This document shows, piece by piece, positions 36,238-51,575 of a stretch of DNA of 64,000 nt. The translations under genes were made by a program, and so were the position numbers. Source of the stretch: Minutocellus sp. GHC0000111. Taxonomy: Eukaryota. Location of the stretch: the NCBI GenBank assembly GCA_977018835.1, contig OZ361256.1, positions 4,216,001 through 4,280,000 on the forward strand, given 5' to 3'. Within the stretch, counting starts at the first letter, position 1. Each line of letters starts with the position of its first letter. A model generated the notes under the pieces. It searched no databases. It was given only the letters and a program-made list of their open reading frames with translations, and had not been told where the DNA came from.

Positions 36238-36945
36238 TTACTTCTTCCGACCGAATTCAGGCTTGGTGTATTTGACTGCCCACGCTCGCGCGCCGATGGA
36301 CTGGCTCATCGGGGCATGGGTGCCCAGACGCCGAATGTCTTCGGCACCCCCGCTTTGTTGCATCGTTGTGACCTTGGCGTGGTAAGGGATGTTGTAGAAT
36401 CGATCCTTTTGATGATGAGGATCGAAGGGAGTGCACTGCGTGCGTCCGATATCATAGAGATACTTGGGCAGTTTCAGCTTCTCTCCTTCGCGGTTCTTTG
36501 GCTCGGCTGGCTCTGGGGGTAGAGCCGCCTCCAAGATCTGCTTTTCAGCATTTTCCTCACTACCATCCCTAGTAGCGGCTAGGTCCTTGCTTCGCATTGC
36601 CTTGAATTCCTGCTTGAGAGCCTCTCGGAACCTATCGGTAGCCTTGGTGGAAGTGAATTCCCCCCTCTTGTTTGCATCCCTGGAGCCAAATCCAAGCTTC
36701 CGTTCATCCAATGGGAAGGTCTCGGAATATTTTTCGGCGTTATCATTATACTCCTCCTCCACATAATTCAGCTTGGTGAAGAAGCCAGCATCGGCATTCT
36801 TTGGATAACGTTGCGTAACAAATTGTTTGCTGCGGTATCGAGAAGGGAGCTTTTCGATGGAGCTCTTGTAGGGGTCACCAATGGAAGTGTACGATGCCTT
36901 GTAATTGGGATTGGGGTTTTTATAAATGGTCTTTGTGGAGTACAT
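36238..36945 (-). CDS. Probable flagellum-associated protein (CFAP96-like N-terminal motifs)
   Basis: YTSIGDPY..KQF..AGFF and KLGFGSRDA..RGEFT resemble motifs I recall from ciliated protists; family identity unverified. Confidence 0.5.
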   Translation of the reverse strand: MYSTKTIYKNPNPNYKASYTSIGDPYKSSIEKLPSRYRSKQFVTQRYPKNADAGFFTKLNYVEEEYNDNAEKYSETFPLDERKLGFGSRDANKRGEFTSTKATDRFREALKQEFKAMRSKDLAATRDGSEENAEKQILEAALPPEPAEPKNREGEKLKLPKYLYDIGRTQCTPFDPHHQKDRFYNIPYHAKVTTMQQSGGAEDIRRLGTHAPMSQSIGARAWAVKYTKPEFGRKK

Positions 36946-37243
36946 TTGAGTCGGGCGGTGTGCGAGAAACCTCAATTGCCTGGGAGAATAGTGGGAGAAC
37001 GAAAGTGGATCTCTCGATCCTTTGCTTCCGATTGTTAGATTACCAATCACTGACGCGGCAGAGCCTGTACGATCGTAGATCTCAAGGAAAATCGTATTTC
37101 GGTGAAAAAAATTTCGTCCTGACAACGTCCAATCATGCACCGCCCAAGGACCTCACTCTGGAATGCTATTGCACCGCTTATTAATACCTTACAGTTGCAG
37201 TATCCTTCCCCGTCCTCGTACTGTACCATAAACCTACAATAGA

Positions 37244-37840
37244 ATGGACCGAGGAAGGAAGGCCATTCCGGTCCAAAACAAGGCCTGCATGGAGCGGCAT
37301 ATCCGACGATGTCAGGAGCTCCACAAGAAGAAGCTGCGAGACATGAAATCGTCGGTCGATAACAAGGCACCTCGCGCCGGCAGTCATCTACGTACCAAGG
37401 CCAAGAAGAATGCCTTGATTGAGGATAGGATCAAAACCATTGAGACGGAGAATCGCATTCTGCTGCAAAAGATGAGTCACATTATGCGGTCCAAGGGTGC
37501 CATTGATAACAATAACAGGTCCGCGCAGCACGGCCATTCGCTCAACATTGATCGCCGGAAGAGAGAGGTGGCAAGGATCAACAAGGACAATCTCAAGATC
37601 CTCCAGCGTATTCAAGAGGCCAAACCGGCGTACAACCATCGGAAATGGGAGCAGGACGCTCGCAACAACGACAAGATCCTGCACAACATATGCGAGTTCC
37701 GTCCTGTCATTGGCGGCGATAGGAATGGGGCCAGAGGAAAGGCCAGTGGCGGGCTTGATGCGAAGAAACTGCCCTTGTTCAAGCGCGAATTTTATGAGCT
37801 TGATTTTGATGAGGGCGATTCCATTTACAAGTACATTTGA
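37244..37840 (+). CDS. CFAP97-domain (KIAA1430/hemingway family) axonemal protein
   Basis: HKKKL..MKSSVDNKAP, IETENRILLQKM, SLN..RRKRE..RINKDNLKILQRI..KPAY..WE.D. Confidence 0.85.
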   Translation: MDRGRKAIPVQNKACMERHIRRCQELHKKKLRDMKSSVDNKAPRAGSHLRTKAKKNALIEDRIKTIETENRILLQKMSHIMRSKGAIDNNNRSAQHGHSLNIDRRKREVARINKDNLKILQRIQEAKPAYNHRKWEQDARNNDKILHNICEFRPVIGGDRNGARGKASGGLDAKKLPLFKREFYELDFDEGDSIYKYI

Positions 37841-37991
37841 GCATTTGAGCTGTGCCCTGCCCCTGCATGCCTGAGAGCCAAGGAAGTGTGAAGTGTTGTA
37901 GATGTTGAGTGCATTTTGTAGAATTCAGAAGGAAGAGCATAGTTATATCGCAGAATAGTCTTTGTAATCCGATAGTAATATCTTTTGTATT

Positions 37992-39451
37992 TCATGTTCC
38001 CGATCCTCCTTTAGTAACCTCTTTCAGTCGTTTGCACTGAATCTGCATCTCAGTGCATGCGGCACAAAATGGAACTCTGGCAACATCCCTGGCCAGCAGT
38101 TCAGGATTTGCTGGGCTCATATTAGTCTCATCCATTGTTCCATTTGGAGTAGAGTGGACCGCTCTCGTTATCCCCACCGCACGAAGAAATGTGTTGCATT
38201 TAGGGCAGGGATGGCAAGTCTCATAGGCACAATCATTGACAAGCTCGACAATCAGAACGGTTGCTCGGGGAAACAACCTCTCGAAGCATTCATCTTCACC
38301 GAATCTTCGGATTGCGTCTGCTGCTGCGTGGACTTCGCTGTGCAGCAAAATCTTTTTCTTGCCCTTACTGGAATCGAGGAGGATGTTGTGATTCCAACCT
38401 CTGCCAATGACTCTTTGTAGCCCAATAGGAGATTGGATTGTTATGGCGTCTAGAGAGATGGAATCATCAGCCGGTATGCATAAAACGGCACCGTGCTTTG
38501 CCCCACGCTGATCGCCACGACGGGCCAGATGCGCCGCCTCGACCAGACGCATCATCACTGCCGTATCTTCTTTGCTGCTGTCAATGCTATTCTTCAGTAT
38601 GTCAATATCTTCCCACGGTCTCTTTCTCTTTTACTTGCAAAACCACCATTCTTCTCATCCTTTGTACAGTCCTCCTTGCCATAATTGATCATGACTCGAA
38701 AGCAACGCCGCTGAGAATCCGACTTGAAAGCAAAGGCACCCATTTCCTTTAAATGATTCCAATCCAACAATCGCAGAGTGGGAGTCTGCACCATGGCCAA
38801 TATCTCCAGTGGATGCGATGCCAATCGAGGCACAATTTGGACAAGGCAGTTCAGGCCGCGAGATTGCAGCTCGACGTGTCCCACAAGTGCCGTTCCACGA
38901 AGCAATTTCACCGCTTGTCGGACGGTCATAATAATGTTCTTGGCATCACTGCCTGAGTTCAATGCGGCAGTATCGGCGTTGTGGGTAGTAGCAGCAGCCT
39001 CGACGGCCTCCAAGGCAAGCCGAAGGCGCAGTGCGTGTCCATCGGTTGGCATGTCCCTGACGATACTTCCAAGGCTGCGACTGACACCATTTTCACCTGA
39101 ACTGCATTCCTTTTCCAGTGTTGCTTCTTTTTCTGGTTGAAAATCATTGTAGACATCGTTGAACTCTCGGATCCAATCCTCTTCGGTGACACATCCGTCT
39201 GCACCGACGGCTGCCTTGTGGACGATGGACGAGATGGCATCGTACCCTTGCACTGAGTTGTGAATCCACTGCTTGGCATTTCTTCCAATGGACTTGCTAC
39301 TCTTGATGACGGAGAGGATTGCACCGAACAATTCCGAGTTGGTGAGCGAGGCGTTGTGGAGGAGGGATGAGAGGTGGTCGGTATCGGTGGTTTTGGTGGT
39401 GGTGGTGGTGGTGGTGGTGGCGGGTGTTGGCGCCTTCTGCTTCGTGCTCAT
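37992..39451 (-). CDS. Protein with C-terminal cytidine/dCMP deaminase-like zinc domain (frameshift ~38620)
   Basis: KHGAVL, GRGWN, LHSEVHA (HxE) and CHPCPKC (PCxxC); ORFs 38594-39502 and 37992-38558 join through an A/G-rich run. Confidence 0.75.
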
Positions 39452-39819
39452 TTTTGCATTTGTTGGTCGTGCTGCTTTTGGGCACACCAGATCACAATGC
39501 AAATCAAATCGAAATGCATGTACTTTAATTCAGAGTTGAGACGCTCGGACCGCGTCTCATCCACCTTACTCCTCGACATCCATCCACGCCTTTGACTTCG
39601 CTTCACCCCTTCCGCCCCGCTGGTGTTCGCCGACGGCGAGGTTTGCTTGCACCTTCCACCTGGCGGGGGATGCCGTTTTCTTCGCAAAACACGCTGAAAA
39701 AAAACCTTTTGCGCACATTAACATGCGAAGCACCAGATGCTTTCGATGCCCCTCCATGACGATCCTCATTTTTGGCTCCAGGAGCAACCAAGAGACGCAA
39801 CCCGATAAAGCAAACCACC

Positions 39820-43184
<3,365 letters not shown>

Positions 43185-43361
43185 ATATGAGTGCTACGTG
43201 GTTTATTATTTTCGGCGGGTATTTTCCGTTCAGATCAGAGATTAGGTGCGGCTGGTTTGAGTACCCGTTAGGCTTGTACAGAAACATCACACAGAATTTT
43301 GTCTGTAGATTGATAGCAATAACCATAGTAGAATTTGGCAGAGGGTAACGAACATTCCTAT

Positions 43362-46300
43362 TTACGACTTTAGTACGGCATTGGCCAATCCTTTTTCCTC
43401 GATGGCATCGGCAGCCCCCAAAACAGCTGCTCGAGTCTTGTCGTCCAATCGATCCATTCGCCGACCTGCCGCTTCTTGCGCTCCTGGTTCTTTCGACAGG
43501 ATACTGCTTGCGTAGCTGTGGGCCAGGGACGCGACCGCAAAGTAGTAGGCATACCCACCAGTCTGTGCATCTAACCGACGGATGCTGTCATTTGGATCCT
43601 TTGAGGACAGGGCGTTGACCAGTGCATCCAAGACCTCTGGCGGCTCCTTTTGAGAACCAACCGCCAAACTCAATTCCAGGGACCTGGCCATTCCCTCACT
43701 GCTTCCACCATCCAGTTCTCTTTGGAAGGTGAGCAGATGTAGCAGACCTCGGAGCTTGGTGATAATTTCTCTCCTTGCCTTGGGTGGAAATCCATACCGG
43801 AGCAAAAGGCGAATACAATGATTGAGAGATTCGTACTGAGCACCGTACTCGATGTATGCAGAACACAAATCCCCGACAAAATCCACAAGAGCGGCGACTT
43901 CCTTGGCGCTGAATTCCTGGGATCTGCTTGACTTGCCCTCAAAGAGTTCCAGGAGCTTCTCTTCATCTGTATTACCATTCGTTTTTCCGCTGTCATTATC
44001 AGACTTTGTTCGGGTCGTTCGAGAATGCTGGTAGCAAGCCGCAACATAAGCCTTGGGGATCGACAGGAAGCCATCCCTGGACGATATATCCTCAAAGAGG
44101 CTGCAAAACAGCTGCTCAAACTTTTCATGCCGAAGCACTTCCTCGGGGAAGAGGCAGGAGTTGGAGAGATGGTAGAGCTTGGCGCCGGAATGAATCTGAC
44201 TTGTGTAAACACGGGAGGACGCCCCTCTCTCCAGGTATGTTAACAGCTCCAGCGATGATACAATGACGGCGGTGGCATCATGGAGTAATTCAGCTCGCTG
44301 TTGGGCGCTTGTCTCCGGTGGCGGGTCGATTGTACTGGAAAGTACCTGCCACAGCCACACCTTTCCCAGCGGAATGAGTGGTTCCACTGCAATGTTGCGG
44401 CCTTGACCATCTTCATCGGCCCTAGTAGGAGGGGCGACAAACTCGGCGTCACTTCTCAGTGATTCGAGACCAAATGCCCCAAGACCGGCTGTGGTGATAC
44501 CATGACCTCTATGAAGCTTGAAGCTATGATCAAGTTGGCTCTGGGAGCGCGGTGAGTTGACCAGTTCTCGGAGCAACATGGCTTGCAACGGCGATCCTTG
44601 GTTATTCCGGTCGTTAAAATTTGGAGTCACAAACAAGACATCTTGGCTGAGAAGGACAGCTGCGATAGCTTCGTCTCCCACCTTCAATCTTCCAATCAAG
44701 GCAAACGACATAGCTCTCAGAAGTCTTAGCCCGTCATCGGTCTCGGCCTCATCACTTGCAGATAATGCATTTGAATCTTGTCGCTTCATCGAACAAAGAA
44801 ATTTGACGAGAACATACAGAGTAGCATCAATCCAACCAGACTGCGCCGCTGTTGGTATCGGCGTCGCCCCCAGATCGGTCGCAGACAAGGCAGACAGAGT
44901 AGAGTATACCAGGGAGGAGAACTCGTCTGCAATTGACTTGACTACTGCTCTTTCTTCCATCGAACCATTTCCATCATCGAAAATCGATTCGTTGTTGATC
45001 ATATTAGATAGCATCGAGACAAATGCCGAGAGAAACGCGCATGAGTTCGCCTCCTCGGGAAATGATAAAGACGCAGACCTACTCGTAGGAACTTGCAGCG
45101 GGCCCTTCCACTCCGACACAAATGCCCACACCAACACCTTGTTAAGAATGGCATCCACTAAACCGGACTTGAAGATAGCTTGCAGTGCTGAGATACAATC
45201 TCTTCTTGATACAACAGAAACAAAAGCAGATTTGTCAACATCATTCATCTTTGTGCCCATTGTCTCTTCTTCGATCACAGCAAGCTTCATGATGTCCGAG
45301 GGAGCAGAAGCCGCCACATACGACAATAAGAATCGCAGTCGGGCGGCAGTAAGCCTTGTACTATTGGCATTCGCGTTGTCAGCACTTGCAATCTGTTTCA
45401 GAAAGATAACACATTGTTGGACGTGGGGAGATAACCAAGCTCCGGCCATCGCCAACGTATCAGCTTGCTCCTCGGTGAGCCGAATACTACTCTCAGTCTT
45501 TGCACGCGTAATCACTTTGGCGCATTCGCAAACATTGGAGAAGGCAGATAGATAGTCCGCCGTCAGGCTATATTCAGTCTCGTTCTTGGTGCTCAGATGC
45601 GGTGTGGCGAGAGAGATGAAGGTTGAAAGATGCGGAATAGCGAGACCATACCGCAGCAGTATCCTCCATAGGAGCACGCAGTGCTTCTGCACGGCGAGCT
45701 CCTCCACAGTCTCTGCCGATATACCCAAAATTGCATGCAATGTTGTACTAATGGATGCAAAAGGCTCCGTTTGCGATGCCACTGTCCTAGACTGTCTGGC
45801 GAGGGTACATATCAAACTCAATGTTGGCAGGGCAGCTCGCGGGTTGACCAAGAAGCTTTCCTTCGATTCCCCGGCTTGCCCAAAATGCGCACCTGGAGTT
45901 AGGGTCATATCCACTAGTTGTGGCAAGATAGTCTGATGTTGCGCAATCGCGCAGGCAGCCCCGGGAGATCGGAGAGAGAGCATCGACAAAATGGAGCAGA
46001 TCGATGTGACGATCTCTTCCGGCAGACTTTCTGAGCCCAGTCCCTTGGCCGAGGCAATGATCCTTGCCAGACATGGAATGATCCGCATCCGAGATAGCAA
46101 AGTCCACAGAGGGTCGGCATAGAATGCTTCACCATCCTTCTTCGCTGACTCTGCAGAGGAATTTGTTGCGTACAGAGCCCCCTCAACTGGCGAATCTTCC
46201 ACCTTTTGCGCAGCAGAAAGCTTCGATGACCCGCTCTCGTAGCAGGACGCAGCTGGTGGTGCCGGTATATTCTCATCCAAAAAGTTCAATTGATAAACTG

Positions 46301-48158
46301 AAGAAGCATTTCGTTCAATGTCATCGAGACTTGTGCTCACCCTATGCGATGAGTGCGCGAATAAGTCCACTAGGTAACGCAATGATTGTAGAACATATGA
46401 GTGCAGCTGCTCATGTCGATGAGCTTGTGGCAAATCGAGCAAACATCGCAAAGCTACTGGAAGAAGAGCGGGATAATGACCAGCAGATGCACGGTCGTTT
46501 GTGGATGCACCGTACTGTGTAGCGTCGCCTGGCCTTATGGCACTCATGCGTTTCGATAAGAGTTCACAAGTCGTCTTTGCAGCCAGCATGGTTTGTCGAT
46601 ACGATGTAGATCTCAAGAGGGCGGTGGCTGATTCTAGATTCTGGATCTTGCCACCAGGCGCCTCGATATCTGGAGCAGATGATTCGAGAACCGGTGCACC
46701 GCCGCTGGCATTGAAGTCGGAATAAACGCGATCCAAGTCCTCCTCAGTTCTGATCGATGACAAAATTTCCGCCTCTTTTGCCTTATCCACCTCTGGCGCA
46801 GCGTTTTCTTTCGGCTTTGGAGACAAAGTGGAAGAAGAAATAATATCCCTCGCTGGTTCTTGTCTCGTTTGGCGAGAAGTCGCCTGTGCGGTCTGCTTCT
46901 TCTTTCGACCCCTGGCCTTGAGGAAAGCAATCGATTGCTCAGATAGAGCCGATTCGATCTCGGCAATCCCTTCCATAATCTCAGCCCGAGACATTCCTGA
47001 GAGCATGGAATCGGCATTGTTCGCACCGTCAGCGCCGCCGCCGCCTCCAGCTCCTTCCCGATGCCTGGATTCTTCCCGCGGCCGTGATCCGAGAGCTACT
47101 GCATCCTTTACCACGGCTGGCGGTCTGGTAGTAGTTTCTTTGTTGCCACCCTTTCGAGCGAACGTACCAATAGGTACATCCAGAGACGGAAATCCTCCAG
47201 CTGTTCCACCGACAAAGAAGGACGACGTTCCAGTACCAACTCCTCCACCTGCACCTGCACCTGCACCCCCAGCCTTTCCTTGCTGCTGCATTCTCCTCTG
47301 CAGGAATTTGGACGGCCTCTTCCCCCCTGCGCCAGTCTGCAGCTGAGTGCCCCCCTGCTGCTGTTGCTGGATGCTGCCCGCCATGGAACGGAGATGGACG
47401 GGACGTTCCTGAATGGCTGCCGCCTTGATGACTGGCTTGGGAAGGTTATTGGCAGCCGCAGCTGTAGGAGCGGATGGAGGAGCGGATGGACCTCTCTCAT
47501 GACCAGCAAATGATACCGATGGTCTTTCCTTTATCACTGCATCTGAATCCGGTTGTTTCATTTCCTGTATGTCGCCAACAATATCCATTTTGGTACTTGC
47601 AACCTTGCTGGAATTGCCCTGCGTTTGCCTTTGAGCTTGCGCTTGCGTCTTGGCTCCATGCTTGCTCCGTATGGCCGGTGCCCTGGACGAGCGCACCACG
47701 GTCGCCGACGGCATCATCCCTGCATCCTCCGACCAATTGTCCATCGTCTCCGCCCTCGATGCATGCAGCCGAAAGGCCGGCTGGGCATCCATCTGGGCCT
47801 GCTGGACCATCTTGCGTCGCTCATACTCTTCTTGCGAGGCAGCAGTGGAAGACGATGCTTGTGCCGATTCCATCTTGGCAGACTGATCTCCACCACTAGC
47901 GCTGCTGCCACTACTAACATCCTGGCCCTTCTGCTGATTCTGCTGCTGCTGCAACTTTCGCTCCCTCTGCGCCCTCATGGCCTCGTCCCTCCTTCGGATC
48001 CGTTCGGCACGACTTGCCGCCGATCCGCCGGCGCCTCGACCGCCTCCGGCAGCTGCACGACGAGATGCAGCAACGGCCGTAGCAGATACTGCTGACGGAG
48101 AGGGCAGGGAGAGCATCTCCTCCACCACCTCGTCGGGCATACCCTCCGTGTTGGCCAT
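43362..48158 (-). CDS. RPAP1: RNA polymerase II-associated protein 1 (RPAP1/IYO)-like
   Basis: MSRAEIMEGIAEIESALSEQSIAFLKARG (RPAP1_N-like), LLRSTSYRQ (RPAP1_C-like), then ARM-like helices; intronless 1.6k aa. Confidence 0.7.
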   Translation of the reverse strand: MANTEGMPDEVVEEMLSLPSPSAVSATAVAASRRAAAGGGRGAGGSAASRAERIRRRDEAMRAQRERKLQQQQNQQKGQDVSSGSSASGGDQSAKMESAQASSSTAASQEEYERRKMVQQAQMDAQPAFRLHASRAETMDNWSEDAGMMPSATVVRSSRAPAIRSKHGAKTQAQAQRQTQGNSSKVASTKMDIVGDIQEMKQPDSDAVIKERPSVSFAGHERGPSAPPSAPTAAAANNLPKPVIKAAAIQERPVHLRSMAGSIQQQQQGGTQLQTGAGGKRPSKFLQRRMQQQGKAGGAGAGAGGGVGTGTSSFFVGGTAGGFPSLDVPIGTFARKGGNKETTTRPPAVVKDAVALGSRPREESRHREGAGGGGGADGANNADSMLSGMSRAEIMEGIAEIESALSEQSIAFLKARGRKKKQTAQATSRQTRQEPARDIISSSTLSPKPKENAAPEVDKAKEAEILSSIRTEEDLDRVYSDFNASGGAPVLESSAPDIEAPGGKIQNLESATALLRSTSYRQTMLAAKTTCELLSKRMSAIRPGDATQYGASTNDRASAGHYPALLPVALRCLLDLPQAHRHEQLHSYVLQSLRYLVDLFAHSSHRVSTSLDDIERNASSVYQLNFLDENIPAPPAASCYESGSSKLSAAQKVEDSPVEGALYATNSSAESAKKDGEAFYADPLWTLLSRMRIIPCLARIIASAKGLGSESLPEEIVTSICSILSMLSLRSPGAACAIAQHQTILPQLVDMTLTPGAHFGQAGESKESFLVNPRAALPTLSLICTLARQSRTVASQTEPFASISTTLHAILGISAETVEELAVQKHCVLLWRILLRYGLAIPHLSTFISLATPHLSTKNETEYSLTADYLSAFSNVCECAKVITRAKTESSIRLTEEQADTLAMAGAWLSPHVQQCVIFLKQIASADNANANSTRLTAARLRFLLSYVAASAPSDIMKLAVIEEETMGTKMNDVDKSAFVSVVSRRDCISALQAIFKSGLVDAILNKVLVWAFVSEWKGPLQVPTSRSASLSFPEEANSCAFLSAFVSMLSNMINNESIFDDGNGSMEERAVVKSIADEFSSLVYSTLSALSATDLGATPIPTAAQSGWIDATLYVLVKFLCSMKRQDSNALSASDEAETDDGLRLLRAMSFALIGRLKVGDEAIAAVLLSQDVLFVTPNFNDRNNQGSPLQAMLLRELVNSPRSQSQLDHSFKLHRGHGITTAGLGAFGLESLRSDAEFVAPPTRADEDGQGRNIAVEPLIPLGKVWLWQVLSSTIDPPPETSAQQRAELLHDATAVIVSSLELLTYLERGASSRVYTSQIHSGAKLYHLSNSCLFPEEVLRHEKFEQLFCSLFEDISSRDGFLSIPKAYVAACYQHSRTTRTKSDNDSGKTNGNTDEEKLLELFEGKSSRSQEFSAKEVAALVDFVGDLCSAYIEYGAQYESLNHCIRLLLRYGFPPKARREIITKLRGLLHLLTFQRELDGGSSEGMARSLELSLAVGSQKEPPEVLDALVNALSSKDPNDSIRRLDAQTGGYAYYFAVASLAHSYASSILSKEPGAQEAAGRRMDRLDDKTRAAVLGAADAIEEKGLANAVLKS

Positions 48159-48357
48159 CGTTGCTTTGTTCTTTACCACGTCGGTTCAATGTTCAATACG
48201 TCGTAGATGCATGCTTCTTCGGCATCATCATGCTTCATGCTCGCGCTCGCTCACTCAAAATTTTCGTGGTGGTCCGTCCTCCGTCCGCCTCCCTTCATTC
48301 TCATTTGACTTCCTCATGCATTTTTTCGTCGTTTGCGTGCAACCATGAGATGACATT

Positions 48358-49728
48358 ATGATGCTTCCCTCTACCAGAGGCATCAGCACCAGTGGTAGTA
48401 GTCTGGGACGTCGGTTGCAGAGTCGGCGTGGCGGCGGTGGACGGTCTCAGCAGTCTGGTATATTCCCACTGGTAATAATTTTTGCTGGGACAATCCTCGC
48501 CCTCTGTCTCATGGCCATTGGATGGTCCATCATCATCCATGGCTCTTCTGCACCGCATTATGGCGCGTCTACTGTGCAACGGCCAAATGATGCCATTTCC
48601 ATAAGCATGCTCCGAGCCAGGCTGTATCACGGCTACGCTACCAACGCCGTGAATGCCGACACAAAGATACGACACCCTTTACTGACCACCGATCTACAAT
48701 TGCCCACGCCCATACTGGTAATGGGCATGCCCAAGGTCGGAACGACGTCCATCACAGCGTACTTTCGTTGTGGCAACGTCCGATCCTCCCACTTTTCCTG
48801 CGAGGTGAACGATGACGACGACCTGACCCGTCCCTGGCGCAACTGTCTCTTGCCAAAGGGTGCCGGAGGAGGTAGGAGCGATGCTGGGACGGAACCCCTT
48901 TGTGCAGTATGCATCGAACGGAACATTGTCAGGGGACGACCGCCGTTCGAGGGTTGTGGATCGTACGATGTCTTCGGAGAGATGGACAGCGCCGAACATC
49001 CTTTGCCCATGTCAAGAGAAGATGGTGACAACAGTGACAATATCATACAGCCCCTGTGTTCCTTTCCGCAGATTACACATTTGGACAAGATCCATGAGTC
49101 GTACCCCAATGCTACCTTCATCCTCAACACCCGGCCAGTGGATCACTGGATCAAGTCAATCAGTAATTGGAATCCAACGCCCAATCGAGCCGACAAGGGA
49201 TATTTGCGGAGAGTGCTGGCAATGTGTGATTTGGGAACAGACCTGGGTCCCGGTGTAGGCAAAACCGATGAGGAATTGACCAGATTTTATTTGGGCCACT
49301 CGGAACGGATACGAAACTTTGTGAGGGATCATCCGTCCCATGCGTTGGTGGAGGTCGATATCGAAGATGATCGAGCTGGAAAAATTATGCAGAATGCATT
49401 TGGCATCAATGAGCAATGCTGGGGAAAGCAGAATGCAGCGACAACAGGCCAAGCGGCAACTCAGCTGAGTGGTATGCAGATAAATGGGGGTGGGGATGAG
49501 CCGAGGAAGCAAACATCGCCTCGCATTTTGGGCCAGCCACAAGGGGATGTACACGTGGCGACATCAACCACCAGAAAAGCAACAAAGCATAACTTGTCTT
49601 CAGCCATGGCTGCCAGTCAAGCACAAGCAGAACTTCTCTATGCTCAGTATTCCGCGCAAAATGCATACAATGCAGAAATGGCGCTGGATTACCCCTACTG
49701 CTCTGACATTGAGGATATATTTCCTTGA
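48358..49728 (+). CDS. Type II membrane sulfotransferase-like P-loop protein
   Basis: N-terminal TM helix; ILVMGMPKVGTTS; YPNATFILNTRPVDHWIKSI. Confidence 0.75.
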   Translation: MMLPSTRGISTSGSSLGRRLQSRRGGGGRSQQSGIFPLVIIFAGTILALCLMAIGWSIIIHGSSAPHYGASTVQRPNDAISISMLRARLYHGYATNAVNADTKIRHPLLTTDLQLPTPILVMGMPKVGTTSITAYFRCGNVRSSHFSCEVNDDDDLTRPWRNCLLPKGAGGGRSDAGTEPLCAVCIERNIVRGRPPFEGCGSYDVFGEMDSAEHPLPMSREDGDNSDNIIQPLCSFPQITHLDKIHESYPNATFILNTRPVDHWIKSISNWNPTPNRADKGYLRRVLAMCDLGTDLGPGVGKTDEELTRFYLGHSERIRNFVRDHPSHALVEVDIEDDRAGKIMQNAFGINEQCWGKQNAATTGQAATQLSGMQINGGGDEPRKQTSPRILGQPQGDVHVATSTTRKATKHNLSSAMAASQAQAELLYAQYSAQNAYNAEMALDYPYCSDIEDIFP

Positions 49729-49921
49729 TGAAGGGGAAAAGCATAAAAAAGTAAACGACAACAATTTGGGGACAACCAAATATTTTACTTTTAGTTTCCT
49801 TCACATGGGTACGAAACCGAGTGGACGAACAAAGCAAAAATTGTCGGATATTGATCTCGATCGGTAATTTCTGTAGCCCCCCCAAATCCGAAACTGTCAA
49901 GCAAATCAAAAGCAGATAGAT

Positions 49922-50546
49922 CTAATAGGAAGCATATGCCTTCTCGAGCTTCTCCTTGGTCTCCTTCAGAGTGTCTCGGTCGGCATCCTCCTTCAAAATG
50001 AGAGCATCACCAGCCTCGGTCTGCTTGAATCCGACAGCCACGAGCAGGGCCTTGGCGCCCAGGAATGGCTTGACCTTGGTCTTGAAGGCCTTGTTCTCCA
50101 TATTGATGGTGCGGAACTTCTCCTCGTCGGGCTTGTCAACAACGTTGCCGACGTAGGCCAACAAGATTTTGAGGCACTTCTGTCCGTCTCCACCGGCTCG
50201 GTACGACGAAACCTTCTTGATGTACTCGTCGATCTTCTGGGGGTCGGCCTTGAACTTCTTGGCAGGAGCCGGCGACGTACCATCCCCGGCACCACCGACG
50301 TCGTACTGGATGGCAGAGGGATTGTACCCATCCNNNNNNNNNNNNNNNNNNNNNNNNNNNNNNNNNNNNNNNNNNNNNNNNNNNNNNNNNNNNNNNNNNN
50401 NNNNNNNNNNNNNNNNNNNNNNNNNNNNNNNNNNNNNNNNNNNNNNNNNNNNNNNNNNNNNNNNNNNNNNNNNNNNNNNNNNNNNNNNNNNNNNNNNNNN
50501 NNNNNNNNNNNNNNNNNNNNNNNNNNNNNNNNNCGGTTCCAGCCAT
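49922..50546 (-). CDS. PUB-domain protein (p97 cofactor type), interrupted by an assembly gap
   Basis: LKILLAYVGNVVDKPDEEKFRTINMENKAF..LLVAVGF; possible start MAGT at 50546. Confidence 0.8.
50334..50533. other. Assembly gap (200 N)
   Basis: Run of N. Confidence 1.
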
Positions 50547-51575
50547 GCCGACGACGGCAAGGAGTGATCGGATCATGGTTATTGGCTTTGTCTTCTCTAT
50601 GTGAGAGATGGAGGAAAAACCGACACGTGATGTGTTGCTTGCGGAGACGGCGCCGATGGTTCAGGAGGCCGACCTCTGACGCACGAACATGGCCTGTCTG
50701 TCGCCCGTTTCTCTCTTTTTACTATTCTTTTTCCTTTAGCGGGTTTTCGAAAATGTTGGCGCCAGAGCCGTCCATCTTCTGCTCGGAACGGACGGCAGTC
50801 AAGATACGGCGATACGGCACGAATACCGGTAGATAGAGAGAAACTCGTACGCCGTAGCTTTGTGTCTGCCACACCAAACGAAATTTTCCGACCTTTGCTT
50901 GGAGTTGCCGAACGGTCCCAAGGCATTTGCGAATACATCGAGCACACTCGACGCCAGGCGCCCGGCACAACAGAACAATTCTCACTCAGATGATGGCCCT
51001 TTGGGGGATGCGCGTTCTCCAGATGATGCAAGTCAATCATACATGTGTTAAATCGGATTCTTCACGGCCTCGTCTCTCCTTTTTTCGTCGGCTGGCGGGC
51101 GGGCTTTCATGACGACGAGGCCGAAAGGCTTTGGCGTTCGTCCGTCCTACCTGCTGATGTTTTCTAGAGGGACGATGTGTCTGTGCTGCCGACATTCTAT
51201 TCCGACCGTTTGTTGATGGAGATACGATGGGTAGTAGATAGGGGGGTGCTTGTTTGCGTGGATGTGCTGGTCGGAGCTGGTTGGTTATACGGCGCGTATA
51301 AGGCGCGAAGGGCCACATGACATCATCGGCAGTGCTGCTGCTGGCTTGCTGCTCGCCAGGGGATGCAAATTACCAGGACGCTGAGCAATTTACGTAGATA
51401 TTGTGGTGTTCGATGTATCGGCTAGAAATGATTGAGGCTGGTCTCTTTTTCCGTGCCAGTCGGTCCACAACATTCCTATCCGCGCGACATGTCATATTTT
51501 CGTCCAATAACGCATGTATCTCACCCATCGCATATCACATCATTCCTCTCCCTAAACCCAATATTCCAAAAACAG

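Noticed and set aside
51316..51400. MTSSAVLLLACC as the rpl15 signal exon
   Set aside because: No convincing in-phase donor site found.
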